This document shows, piece by piece, positions 1 through 9,210 of a stretch of DNA of 39,311 bases. A program made the position numbers and the translations under genes. Numbering within the stretch: position 1 is the stretch's first letter; each line of letters opens with the position of its first letter. The notes beneath the pieces were generated by a model, which did not search any database, had not been told where the DNA came from, and saw nothing but the letters and a program-made list of their open reading frames with translations. The DNA is from Cyanobacteriota bacterium (GTDB taxonomy: Bacteria; Cyanobacteriota; Sericytochromatia; UBA7694; JACMQJ01): contig JBBTGK010000209.1 of the NCBI GenBank assembly GCA_038060635.1, forward strand, positions 1-39,311, read 5' to 3'.

Positions 1-122
1 TGTTTCTTATTTATTTTGTATTACCTATTATCACTATATTCTAGAATATAAATTTGTCGAATTCAGGTTAAATAAACTCTTTTTAATTTAATTTATCCAG
101 TGTGTTTATCGTTTTCATTCAT

Positions 123-167
123 CTGCGGAGTAATACTTCGACTTCGCTCAGTAACCAACTTACGCAG
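123..167. repeat. REP-like palindromic remnant (CTTCGACTTCGCTCAG core inside an imperfect CTGCG...CGCAG hairpin)
   Basis: GC-rich patch in AT-rich intergenic DNA just downstream of 195..707. The core resembles a dispersed palindromic repeat I recall from Bacteroidota/cyanobacteria. Single copy in this window. Confidence 0.35.
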
Positions 168-194
168 TTTTATGAAAACTTATCTATAAGATAT

Positions 195-707
195 TTATTC
201 GTCTTCATAAATATCTAGTTCTTTATCTAATGAATATTGAGCATCTTGAATAGCATCGTAACTAAAAGACATATTAATAATATATTCTAAAAAATGCTCA
301 ATTTTTGAAATATCCATATTTTGAACAGTATAAGTGCTATTTTTTTCATTTTTTATAATATATTGTATTTTGTTTTCATAAAGTTGCCAACCAATACGAG
401 CATCACCTTTTTTATTTTTATGAGGAAATTGATAGTTTTTATACTTACCATTATTTAATTTCAATGCTTTTTCTTCATATTCTGTTTTACTTATTCTAAA
501 AGCTCTTAATCCTTCTAATAAATGACATAATTCTGATATTGATATTTTAGATATATTTTTTTGTTTCCAATCATAAGTAAAATTTCCATTTTCATTTTTA
601 CCAATACAATTTGCAATACTAAAAAAAATACCATTTTTAGTTAATTCAACTTCTAAAGCTGAATAAGAACTATAAAAAATTTGTTTGTAAACTAAAACTA
701 CTTTCAT
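195..707 (-). CDS. Hypothetical protein, Whirly/PC4-like ssDNA-binding protein candidate
   Basis: 170 aa. Motifs FYSSYSALEVE, KNGIFFSIA, YDWKQKNISKISISEL and QFPH, a C-terminal helix and an acidic tail (DIYEDE) follow the Whirly motif order. RBS-like AAGAAAAGGG upstream. Confidence 0.55.
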   Translation of the reverse strand: MKVVLVYKQIFYSSYSALEVELTKNGIFFSIANCIGKNENGNFTYDWKQKNISKISISELCHLLEGLRAFRISKTEYEEKALKLNNGKYKNYQFPHKNKKGDARIGWQLYENKIQYIIKNEKNSTYTVQNMDISKIEHFLEYIINMSFSYDAIQDAQYSLDKELDIYEDE

Positions 708-737
708 GACAATAACCCTTTCTTGAAAATATATATT

Positions 738-947
738 TTAACCTCTAATTAGGTTTTTACTTAATGCAGACCAAATAATATCTCTTGATTCTTTTTCAAA
801 AATATATAATGTTTTAACATAATTTTTTCTTATATATTCTGAAGTAGGAATCCATTCGCCTTTTGCTTGGGCAAAACCAAGCATAAAATCAACAATACCT
901 TTTTTATTTTCATATAATAATTCAAATTCTTTTTCTATTTCTGACAT
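738..947 (-). CDS. Small hypothetical protein
   Basis: 69-aa ATG ORF with protein-like composition, co-oriented with neighbours, AGGA upstream. Confidence 0.6.
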   Translation of the reverse strand: MSEIEKEFELLYENKKGIVDFMLGFAQAKGEWIPTSEYIRKNYVKTLYIFEKESRDIIWSALSKNLIRG

Positions 948-1078
948 ATTAATTAATTCCTAATAATAACTACGATTTTAATTTTTATTAAAATACTTTG
1001 AAGCATAGTGTTTGTTTTAATACAACTAGGATTAAAGTACTCTGGGATTTATTTTAAATAATATAAAATAATGATATA

Positions 1079-1309
1079 TCAATGAAATATATCAACATGA
1101 ATATCTCTTAACAAAAGCTCTTTTCTAATTACTTTTAAAACTTCCAAATATTTATATCTAATAAGAGATTCTCCAAAATAATTTGGCATTAACCTATAAT
1201 ATTCTAATTTTTGGTTAAAAATTTTAATTAAATTGTTTGTTTTTTCTGATTTATAAATTGTTTCCAATGAAGATATGAAAACATTTTTTGCACATTGATC
1301 TAATCTCAT
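1079..1309 (-). CDS. Small hypothetical protein
   Basis: 76-aa ATG ORF with the same AAGAAAAGGG leader as 195..707. Confidence 0.55.
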   Translation of the reverse strand: MRLDQCAKNVFISSLETIYKSEKTNNLIKIFNQKLEYYRLMPNYFGESLIRYKYLEVLKVIRKELLLRDIHVDIFH

Positions 1310-1412
1310 AAGTAGCCCTTTCTTATATAAAAATTATTTTTTTGTACTAAACAGAATATTATTAAAATATTCTTTTATAAATACTTTTTCTTGTATTTAT
1401 TTTAAATTAAAA

Positions 1413-1994
1413 TCACTTCATAACTCCTCCATCAATAGATTTTAGTTTTATCTTAATTACTTCTTTTGATACTTCAAAAATATTAGATAATTGTTCAATA
1501 ATAAAATATTCTTTAGGTGATTCATATTTACGGTGTAATTTATTAAATTCACTTTGCAATAAATCATCTGGAACTAATATTAAAGAAGCAAATAAATCAG
1601 CTTGTTTTTCTATTTTATAATATTCATAAGTATTTAAGTTAATAAAAAAGTCATAATACCTTTCATAAGTATCAAATGTACTAAAATTAACTAATCTTCT
1701 ATGTAATATAAAATGACCTAATTCATGAGCTATTGAAAAACGCATTCTTTTTTGCAAAGAATCTTTAAAAAACATTTTTTCATTAACTAAAATATTAGAA
1801 AAATTCATCTGAAGAAAGCTATCAACATTATCTGGAAGATCATCACATAAAATAAAGTTTACACCCAAATAATTATATAATTTCTCTATATTAATTGGTA
1901 GTTCTAAACAATCAGACTCTTCTAAGAGCTGATTAGTTAATCGTTTTACTTGATTATAAGTAATATCTTCTGCTATTAATTGACTCATCAACAT
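1413..1994 (-). CDS. ImmA/IrrE family Zn metallopeptidase (Peptidase M78/DUF955)
   Basis: RMRFSIAHELGHFILH (HExxH), EKQADLFASLILVP and a C-terminal HTH-like LSNIFEVSKEVI. Confidence 0.9.
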   Translation of the reverse strand: MLMSQLIAEDITYNQVKRLTNQLLEESDCLELPINIEKLYNYLGVNFILCDDLPDNVDSFLQMNFSNILVNEKMFFKDSLQKRMRFSIAHELGHFILHRRLVNFSTFDTYERYYDFFINLNTYEYYKIEKQADLFASLILVPDDLLQSEFNKLHRKYESPKEYFIIEQLSNIFEVSKEVIKIKLKSIDGGVMK

Positions 1995-2003
1995 ATTTCT
2001 AAA

Positions 2004-2372
2004 TTATTCTAATTCTAATATTTGCATGATCTTGTCTAGCTGTTCCTTACTTGGCTTTTTTTTATCAATAGTTCTAAAAAAAGCTGGTAAAGATTTCATA
2101 GCTTCTTGATTTTTTATTATATAATCAGGTAATTTACCTGCTTCAATTTTAGCAAGATCCATGAACCTCTCAAAATCTTGTGTTTGATCGTTTATATCCA
2201 AAGCATGTGCTAAGGCTCTAAGCTTTACAATATCTTGAGGTGGAACAACTAGATCTGCTAAAACTTTTGATAAATAAGAAGCATCAAAGCCCGATCTTCT
2301 AGCTAACTCTCTTAAAGTTAGATTTTTCACGTTATACATTTTTGATTTAACAAAAATACTAAATTCACTCAT
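2004..2372 (-). CDS. XRE-family HTH transcriptional regulator
   Basis: LTLRELARRSGFDASYLSKV HTH. The likely start is ATG 2372 (MSEFS) rather than TTG 2438. Adjacent to the ImmA/IrrE gene. Confidence 0.85.
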   Translation of the reverse strand: MSEFSIFVKSKMYNVKNLTLRELARRSGFDASYLSKVLADLVVPPQDIVKLRALAHALDINDQTQDFERFMDLAKIEAGKLPDYIIKNQEAMKSLPAFFRTIDKKKPSKEQLDKIMQILELE

Positions 2373-2504
2373 TTTTTTTATTAGTGTTGCATAAATAATC
2401 CACACTTTTATTATAGAACAAAATATATATATATGCAATAGTTTTTATCTTAATGTGGAAAAAAAAAACAACACCTCTTTATATTTATATTTAAAATATT
2501 AATG

Positions 2505-2538
2505 GAAAAAAAATAGAGTGTCGTTAAACACTCTATTT
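2505..2538 (-). terminator. Intrinsic terminator of the 2562..2900 gene
   Basis: Perfect 10-bp stem AAATAGAGTG/CACTCTATTT followed by a T-run on the minus strand. Confidence 0.8.
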
Positions 2539-2561
2539 AAAAAATCTTGATTGTAGTTAAA

Positions 2562-2900
2562 CTACATTTCGTCAGCTTCTTTTATTGTTTCAACAAGTTT
2601 TTCTGCCATTTGTCTAGCAAGATCAAATTGAATTGATACTCTTGTGTGAACGCTAACAGAATCTTTTGTTAATCTTTCAATTTCATTTTGAATAATAGGT
2701 GGTAAATAACCAAAGTCAATTACAACATTATCTTTATCTATTCTGAATCTGAATAAATTTGCTGGCTTAGCTAATGTATTAAAATCTCTTGCGAGTAAAT
2801 CATCAGGTGATAGATTTGTAGAAGAGCTAGCTGCAGCTGCTGGAGCTGGTTTAGCTTGAGGTGGTTGAGCAGGTTGTGGTCTTTGTGGTACGTTTGCCAT
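2562..2900 (-). CDS. DUF3467-like small protein with Pro/Gln/Ala-rich N-terminus
   Basis: ANLFRF...VVIDFGY...HTRVSI...ARQMAEKL pattern, strong AAGGAG RBS. Confidence 0.6.
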   Translation of the reverse strand: MANVPQRPQPAQPPQAKPAPAAAASSSTNLSPDDLLARDFNTLAKPANLFRFRIDKDNVVIDFGYLPPIIQNEIERLTKDSVSVHTRVSIQFDLARQMAEKLVETIKEADEM

Positions 2901-3164
2901 AAATACTCCTTATAAAAACTTTATTTATCCTGAAGAATTATACAATTATTATCTGCAAATATCAAATAGATTATAATTAATTTTATAAATTATATTTTTT
3001 ATATTTAAAATACTTTCTATTATGAATTTTTATCTGATAAATATGTAGAGAATATTTTAAAGTATAGATTACGCATATCACACAAATTAACTACATATTT
3101 CGTAATAATAATTTGTAAAACCTATGTTTAATATATCTAAATCTGTACTTTAAATTTTTAATAT

Positions 3165-3521
3165 TTATTTTATATAATTTTTTACTACTGCTTGAAGTTC
3201 TTGAGGTTTGAAAGGTTTTATTAAATACTCGTTTGCACCAGCAGAAAGACCTTTCTTTTTATCTGTTTCAGTTGTTACCATTATCATCGGTAATTTTTTA
3301 TACTTAGGATTTTTTCTTAACATGCTTATAAGTTCAAGTCCATTTATTTTAGGCATGTTTAAGTCAACTATAAGAATGTCTATATTAGAAGTCTCTATTT
3401 TATTTAGGGCATCTTGACCATCAGAGGCTTCAACCGTGTTTAAACCAATAGCTTTTAGGGTAAAAGCTATCATATTTCTTATAGTAGGCGAGTCGTCAGT
3501 AATTAATGCTGTAATAGCCAT
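3165..3521 (-). CDS. Single-domain CheY-like response regulator
   Basis: DDS acidic pocket, phosphoacceptor VDLNMP, VTT and YLIKPF. Confidence 0.9.
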   Translation of the reverse strand: MAITALITDDSPTIRNMIAFTLKAIGLNTVEASDGQDALNKIETSNIDILIVDLNMPKINGLELISMLRKNPKYKKLPMIMVTTETDKKKGLSAGANEYLIKPFKPQELQAVVKNYIK

Positions 3522-3718
3522 AAAAAATTATTTACTTCCTCTCAAAATAGGTTTAAAAAAAGTCATATCAAAATAGGCACAAAAAAGCCATAACATATCA
3601 TAATGAAATTATACACTAAAACAAATTCTTTATACTATATATATTTTTATTTGTAAATATCTCTTTAAAATCTCATTATCAAATTTTAAATTATCTTTAT
3701 ACTACAAAAAAAAACTTA

Positions 3719-3727
3719 TGCTATAAT
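3719..3727 (+). promoter_or_regulatory. Extended -10 promoter (TGcTATAAT) for the rpsB operon
   Basis: Exact TGnTATAAT about 115 nt upstream of rpsB. Confidence 0.6.
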
Positions 3728-3744
3728 TACCTACTTAGAATAAA

Positions 3745-3842
3745 AAGCACGTTTATGTTAATATGTTTTCTACACAGTCCTTATTTTTAAGGTTAGTGAG
3801 CATAATAAACGGAAGAATTAACTGTAGATACGCGGAGGTATT
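3745..3842 (+). promoter_or_regulatory. Structured rpsB 5' leader (candidate S2 autoregulatory element)
   Basis: Nested pairings 3750-3756/3805-3811, 3762-3768/3798-3804 and 3779-3783/3788-3792. GGAGG RBS. Confidence 0.5.
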
Positions 3843-4613
3843 ATGTCTAAAGTTTCAGTTCAAGAACTACTTGAAGCCGGAGTGCATTTCGGTCATCAAA
3901 CCAAAAAATGGAATCCAAAAATGAAAAAATACATTTTTGGCGAAAGAAAAAAAGTTTATATCATAAATCTTCATCAAACATCAGAGTACTTAGATAAAGC
4001 ATACGACTTTGTTAAGGGAATGGTAGCTGAAGGTAGAAATATACTTTTTGTTGGAACAAAAAAACAAGCTCAAGATGCAATGAAAGATGCTGCTGAAAAA
4101 ACAGGTATGTTTTACATAAATGAAAGATGGTTAGGCGGAATGTTAACAAATTTCTCTACCATAAAAGCAAGAATCAATTATCTTAAAGAGCTTGAGACAA
4201 AAAAGAAAAATGGTTATTTTGATAATCTTAACAAGAAAGAAGTTTCTAGTATGGAAAAAGAGATCGAAAAATTAACCAAAATTCTTGGTGGAATAAAAGA
4301 TATGCACAGAGTTCCTGATGTATTATTTATTGTTGACATTCAAAAAGAACATTTAGCTGTTAAAGAAGCAAAAAAGTTAAATATTCCTATTGTTGCAATT
4401 GTTGATACAAATTGTAATCCAGATGATGTTGATTTTGTTATTCCTGGGAATGATGATGCAATAAAAGCTGTAAATCTTCTTACTTCAAAAATAACAGATG
4501 CTATTACTGAAGGAAAATCTAACGGAGTTTCTGTAAAACCAGCTGTTAAAGCTGAAGAAGCTAAAGAAGAAGTTAAGGAAGTTAAAGTAGAAGAAGAAGC
4601 TAAAGCTGAGTAA
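3843..4613 (+). CDS. rpsB: 30S ribosomal protein S2
   Basis: [35 protein letters not shown]. Confidence 0.99.
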   Translation: MSKVSVQELLEAGVHFGHQTKKWNPKMKKYIFGERKKVYIINLHQTSEYLDKAYDFVKGMVAEGRNILFVGTKKQAQDAMKDAAEKTGMFYINERWLGGMLTNFSTIKARINYLKELETKKKNGYFDNLNKKEVSSMEKEIEKLTKILGGIKDMHRVPDVLFIVDIQKEHLAVKEAKKLNIPIVAIVDTNCNPDDVDFVIPGNDDAIKAVNLLTSKITDAITEGKSNGVSVKPAVKAEEAKEEVKEVKVEEEAKAE

Positions 4614-4646
4614 TTTCAGTTTTATAATGTTTTAGTGTAAAAAAAT

Positions 4647-4686
4647 TTCCAAATTTTAGGGTGTTTTTTCATCCTAATTTTTGGAA
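4647..4686 (+). other. Intercistronic hairpin between rpsB and tsf (attenuator or stabiliser)
   Basis: Imperfect inverted repeat TTCCAAA..TTAGGGTG / CATCCTAA..TTTGGAA. Confidence 0.45.
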
Positions 4687-4740
4687 AAATAAAAAAATTT
4701 ATTTAAGTATATAATTTTTAGAATTATTTCAGGGGATATA

Positions 4741-5592
4741 ATGGAAATAACATCTGGATTAGTAAAAGAACTAAGAGAAAAAACAGGTCTTGGTATGATG
4801 GACTGTAAAAGAGCTCTTGTTGAAAATAATGGTAACATAGAAGAATCTATAGACTATTTAAGAAAAAAAGGTGCTCTTAAAGCTGAGAGCAAAGGCGACA
4901 GAACAACTTCTGAAGGTTCTATCGTTGTTAATATTGAAAATAATGGAAAACTTGCAAGTATTATTGAAATAAACTGTGAAACAGATTTTGTTGCTAGAAA
5001 CGAAGATTTTGTTACACTTGCAAAAGATTCTGCAAAACAAGCTGCTCAATCATCTTCATTAGAAGCTCTTTTAGCTTCTCAAGATGCTTCAGTTAAAGCT
5101 ATGATTGCAAAATTAGGCGAAAATATTTCTATAAAAAGATTTCAAAAAATTTCTACAGAATCAAATGGTTTAGTAGGAGCTTATGTTCACTCTAATAATA
5201 AATTAGGTGTTTTAGTTGAACTTTCATCAAATGCAGATCTTTCTGAAAATTTTGAAGAACTTTCTTCTATGGCAAAAGATATTGCTATGCACATAACAGC
5301 GTCAAACCCTCGTTATGTTGGTAGAAGTAATGTTGATGAAGCTTTTATTGCAAAAGAAAAAGAAATTATGTTAGCTCAATCTGGTGATGAATTAGCTAAA
5401 AAACCAGATAACATAAAAGAAAAAATAATTACTGGAAGACTTGATAAAATTTATGTTGAAGTTTGTTTATTAGAACAAGCTTTTGTAAAAAATCAAGATT
5501 TAACAGTATCTCAACTACTTGCTGAAGTATCTAAGAAAATTGGAAAAACAGTAGAAGTTAAGAACTTTATTAGATATAGTTTAGGTGAATAA
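4741..5592 (+). CDS. tsf: Elongation factor Ts
   Basis: VKELREKTGLGMMDCKRAL, EINCETDFVA; follows rpsB. Confidence 0.99.
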   Translation: MEITSGLVKELREKTGLGMMDCKRALVENNGNIEESIDYLRKKGALKAESKGDRTTSEGSIVVNIENNGKLASIIEINCETDFVARNEDFVTLAKDSAKQAAQSSSLEALLASQDASVKAMIAKLGENISIKRFQKISTESNGLVGAYVHSNNKLGVLVELSSNADLSENFEELSSMAKDIAMHITASNPRYVGRSNVDEAFIAKEKEIMLAQSGDELAKKPDNIKEKIITGRLDKIYVEVCLLEQAFVKNQDLTVSQLLAEVSKKIGKTVEVKNFIRYSLGE

Positions 5593-5598
5593 ATTTCT

Positions 5599-6324
5599 AT
5601 GGGCATAAAATATCGTCGAGTTCTAGTAAAATTAAGTGGTGAAGCACTTATGGGCAATTTGGGTTTTGGAATAGATCCAGTTGTTGTAAACAATATTGCA
5701 GATGATATATCTTCAATAGTAGAACTTGGTGTAAAAGTAAGTGTTGTTGTTGGTGGCGGAAATATATTTAGAGGAATGGCTGGAAGTGCAAAAGGCATGG
5801 ACAGAACAACTGCTGATTATATGGGAATGTTAGCAACCGTAATGAATGCACTTGCTTTGCAAGATGCCCTAGAAAAAAAATCTGTTGAAACAAGGGTTCA
5901 AAGTGCAATAGAAATACAAGAAGTTGCCGAGTCTTTTATTAGAAGACGAGCAATCAGACACCTTGAGAAAGGTAGAGTAGTTATTTTCGCAGCAGGTACT
6001 GGGAATCCTTATTTTACAACTGATACAGCAGCAGCATTAAGAGCAGCAGAAACCTCTTCTGAAGTCTTATTAATGGCAAAGAATAAAATTGATGGTGTTT
6101 ATGATAGTGATCCTAAATTAAATGCGGATGCAAAAAGATTCGATGTAATTACTTTTAGAGATGCAATAAACAAAGAACTCAAGGTTATGGATACCTCAGC
6201 ATTATCTCTTTGTAGGGATAACAAAATTCCTATAATTGTTTTTGATTTTACTGCAAGAGGTTGCTTAGACAAAATAGTTTTAGGCGAAAAAATAGGCACT
6301 CTCATCACTGAAGAAAATATATAG
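5599..6324 (+). CDS. pyrH: UMP kinase
   Basis: [26 protein letters not shown]. Confidence 0.99.
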   Translation: MGIKYRRVLVKLSGEALMGNLGFGIDPVVVNNIADDISSIVELGVKVSVVVGGGNIFRGMAGSAKGMDRTTADYMGMLATVMNALALQDALEKKSVETRVQSAIEIQEVAESFIRRRAIRHLEKGRVVIFAAGTGNPYFTTDTAAALRAAETSSEVLLMAKNKIDGVYDSDPKLNADAKRFDVITFRDAINKELKVMDTSALSLCRDNKIPIIVFDFTARGCLDKIVLGEKIGTLITEENI

Positions 6325-6351
6325 TTTACTATTAAAAAAAGGAGTATTTTT

Positions 6352-6912
6352 ATGAGTACTGATATTGTTTTTTCTGAATTAGAAGAAAAAATGAAAAAAA
6401 CGATAGAATCTGTAAAAAGAGATTTTGGTAGTATAAGAACTGGTAGAGCAAACCCTTCTATTTTGGATAGAATTCAAATAGAAAGTTATGGAACAATGAC
6501 CCAAATAAAAAATATTGCAAAAGTTGCTACACCTGATGCAAAAACAATAACAATAACTCCTTTTGAAAAAAATATGCTTGGTGTTATTGATAAGGCTATA
6601 CAAAAATCTGATGTTGGTATAACACCTCAAAATGATGGTCAATCAATAAGACTATCAATGCCTCAAATGACTCAAGAAATAAGAAAAGATAGAGTTAAGG
6701 TAATGAAAAAAGCAGCAGAAGAAGGTAAAGTAGCTGTAAGAAATGAAAGAAGAACAGCTGTTGATAAAATCAAAAAATTAGAAAAAGATTCTAAAATAAG
6801 TGAAGATGAGAGCAAAAAAGCTCAAGAAAAAGCACAAAAAACAACAGATAAGTATGTTGCTGAAATAGATAAGCTAGCAGAAGCAAAAGAAAAAGAAATA
6901 TTGGATATATAA
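6352..6912 (+). CDS. frr: Ribosome recycling factor
   Basis: IRTGRANPSILD, PQNDG, AVRNERR. Confidence 0.99.
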   Translation: MSTDIVFSELEEKMKKTIESVKRDFGSIRTGRANPSILDRIQIESYGTMTQIKNIAKVATPDAKTITITPFEKNMLGVIDKAIQKSDVGITPQNDGQSIRLSMPQMTQEIRKDRVKVMKKAAEEGKVAVRNERRTAVDKIKKLEKDSKISEDESKKAQEKAQKTTDKYVAEIDKLAEAKEKEILDI

Positions 6913-6920
6913 ATAATTCA

Positions 6921-7808
6921 GTGTTACAAAAAATAATAAGCGGTGTAATAATAGCATCATCAGTCTTAGCTTGTGCTTTTTATTCACCCTTTATATGGTT
7001 TTTAATGGTTTTATTAGTTGCTGTACTTGGTAACTATGAACTTCAAAAAATTATAGAAGAAAAAAAATATCGACACAGCTATAAACTTATAACAACGTTC
7101 ATTGTTCTTTTTTTGTCAGTTACATACATTGCTTCTAATGTAAGAGTTGAAGATTCTTCTTTTTCAGATTTATTTTATCAACTTATAGCCCCTAAAAATG
7201 TTTCAAATATATTAGAATGGAAAGGTGCTATAAGCAATATAATTCCTTTTCAGGATCTTGTTTTAGGTTTAGCTTTTTTATTAATAATAATAGTAAGTAT
7301 AAATTATAAACCAAGAATAACTATCGGTGATTTATCATTTGCTCTTATGAGAATTTTATATCTAGGTTTTTTTCCAAGTTATATGATATTAATGAGATCC
7401 ATGCCTTTTGGAAAAGAAATACTTGTTACACTTTTATTTTCATCTTCTTTTTGTGATATGGGTGCTTATTTTGCAGGTAAATCGTTTGGAAAAAGATTAC
7501 TTTTACCAGAAATAAGCCCAAATAAAACAGTTGAAGGAGCTATTGGAGGAACTATTGCTTGTACTTTAGTTTGGATAATAGGAGGTTCTTTTTTTGGTCT
7601 TGCTTGGTATCATGCTTTAGTAATAGGAATAATGACTGCTGTAATATCTCAAATGGGTGATTTAATCGAATCTCTTTTTAAAAGAGATGTTGGTAAAAAA
7701 GATTCAGGAGATCTTATTCCAGGTCATGGTGGTATATTAGATAGAGTTGATAGCTATATTTTTATTTCTTTTCCAGCATATTTCTATTTCCTTTATTTTG
7801 TTTATTAA
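6921..7808 (+). CDS. cdsA: Phosphatidate cytidylyltransferase
   Basis: DMGAYFAGK, ISPNKTVEG, GDLIESLFKRD..KDSG..IPGHGGILDRVDS. Confidence 0.97.
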   Translation: MLQKIISGVIIASSVLACAFYSPFIWFLMVLLVAVLGNYELQKIIEEKKYRHSYKLITTFIVLFLSVTYIASNVRVEDSSFSDLFYQLIAPKNVSNILEWKGAISNIIPFQDLVLGLAFLLIIIVSINYKPRITIGDLSFALMRILYLGFFPSYMILMRSMPFGKEILVTLLFSSSFCDMGAYFAGKSFGKRLLLPEISPNKTVEGAIGGTIACTLVWIIGGSFFGLAWYHALVIGIMTAVISQMGDLIESLFKRDVGKKDSGDLIPGHGGILDRVDSYIFISFPAYFYFLYFVY

Positions 7809-8028
7809 TATATAAACAAAATAATTATATTTAGAATTACTTAGATTTTTTTTAATAAACAAATTAAATTCAATAAAATAATAAATTTCAAATTATTTAT
7901 GTTTTGTTATGTTTATTTTTTCATTTATACTATAAAATTGTTAAATCTAATAACTAACAAAATAATTAAAAACTTTGTAAAGTAATTTGTTTCTTATCGT
8001 TTTAAGCTAACTGGTTAGCAAATAATAC

Positions 8029-8616
8029 ATGAATGAAAAATTTGAATTACTTATCAATAGTTTTATTGATAAAAAAGTTGGAATCTCTGAAAATTTTTTA
8101 AGTAAATCTCTTTCCAAAATATTAAAAGAAAATATTGAAGATCTTAATAATGAAGGTCTTATGAAAAATGCTAGTATTGGTAATAATTCTAATAAAAACC
8201 AAAATAAAAATATAAGAAGCGATAAAATTTGTTGGATTGAGAAAAAAAATAAAAAAGAAAATGAAAAAGAATTTATTGATCAAATAGAAAATTTTATTGA
8301 TTATATTAATAAAACATGTTTTACAAATATAAAAAGCTATGAATTCCATTATGCACTTTATGAAATAGGAAGTTTTTATAAAACTCATATAGATCAATTT
8401 AAAAATGATAATGGTAGAAAATTTTCACTTATTAATTATCTAAATGAAGATTGGAAAGATGAAGATGGAGGAGAATTACTTATTTATCAAAATAATAACG
8501 TTCAAAAAATATCACCAAATACAGGAAAATCAATTTTTTTTAAAAGTGATGAAATTTCACATGAAGTTAAAGTATCTAATAAAGTAAGAATAAGTGTTAC
8601 AGGGTGGTTAAAATAA
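8029..8616 (+). CDS. 2OG-Fe(II) oxygenase (prolyl-4-hydroxylase/EGLN-like)
   Basis: RSDKICW, HID (HxD), GGEL, distal HEV and RISVTGW. Confidence 0.92.
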   Translation: MNEKFELLINSFIDKKVGISENFLSKSLSKILKENIEDLNNEGLMKNASIGNNSNKNQNKNIRSDKICWIEKKNKKENEKEFIDQIENFIDYINKTCFTNIKSYEFHYALYEIGSFYKTHIDQFKNDNGRKFSLINYLNEDWKDEDGGELLIYQNNNVQKISPNTGKSIFFKSDEISHEVKVSNKVRISVTGWLK

Positions 8617-8645
8617 CAAAATTATAACTATAGTTTTTGTTTATT

Positions 8646-9011
8646 CTAGTCTGCCGCAAACACAACAGTTTTATTAGATAAAAGAGCTATATTAAATGCT
8701 TTAAATAATTTACTAAGTTTATATTTAATTTTTTTCCTATATTTAATTTTTTTTCTTAATCTTCTTAATTCAGAAATTACATTTTTTATTTCATTTGAAC
8801 TAAATTTACAGGTATTCCAAAACCATGATATTCTATCAAGATAAGGAAATTCTTTACTTAAATATCGAATTTTTCTAAATATTTCACTATGATCATCATG
8901 ATCTATATAAAAAATAGTCCTGTTAAAAAAATGACCATATAACTCATGATCTACCAAATTATCATCATTTTTAAAAGTAAAAGTATCGGGAACCAAATGC
9001 ATATCATACAT
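8646..9011 (-). CDS. Hypothetical protein
   Basis: 121-aa ORF with GAGGTG RBS, no recognised motif. Confidence 0.6.
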   Translation of the reverse strand: MYDMHLVPDTFTFKNDDNLVDHELYGHFFNRTIFYIDHDDHSEIFRKIRYLSKEFPYLDRISWFWNTCKFSSNEIKNVISELRRLRKKIKYRKKIKYKLSKLFKAFNIALLSNKTVVFAAD

Positions 9012-9210
9012 AATAACACCTCAATTTAATTAGGAAACATTGAAACAAATTTAGTATTTTTATTTAAAATAACTTTACCTAGTGTTTTTACTTTATTGCA
9101 AAAGAATCACTATAAAAAGAATAAAGAAGTTTACTTATTTAATCATACTTTTTTTCTAAATGAGGACATTTTTAAATTTGTATTACAGCTTTTTTCAAAT
9201 ATAATAACTT

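Noticed and set aside
1-2438. Prophage or ICE call for the left end
   Set aside because: No integrase, structural gene, att site or tRNA is visible in the window, so it cannot be supported, although it is not excluded
6912-6921. Missing uppS/dxr between frr and cdsA
   Set aside because: Direct frr-cdsA linkage is established in other phyla such as Actinobacteria and is not unusual
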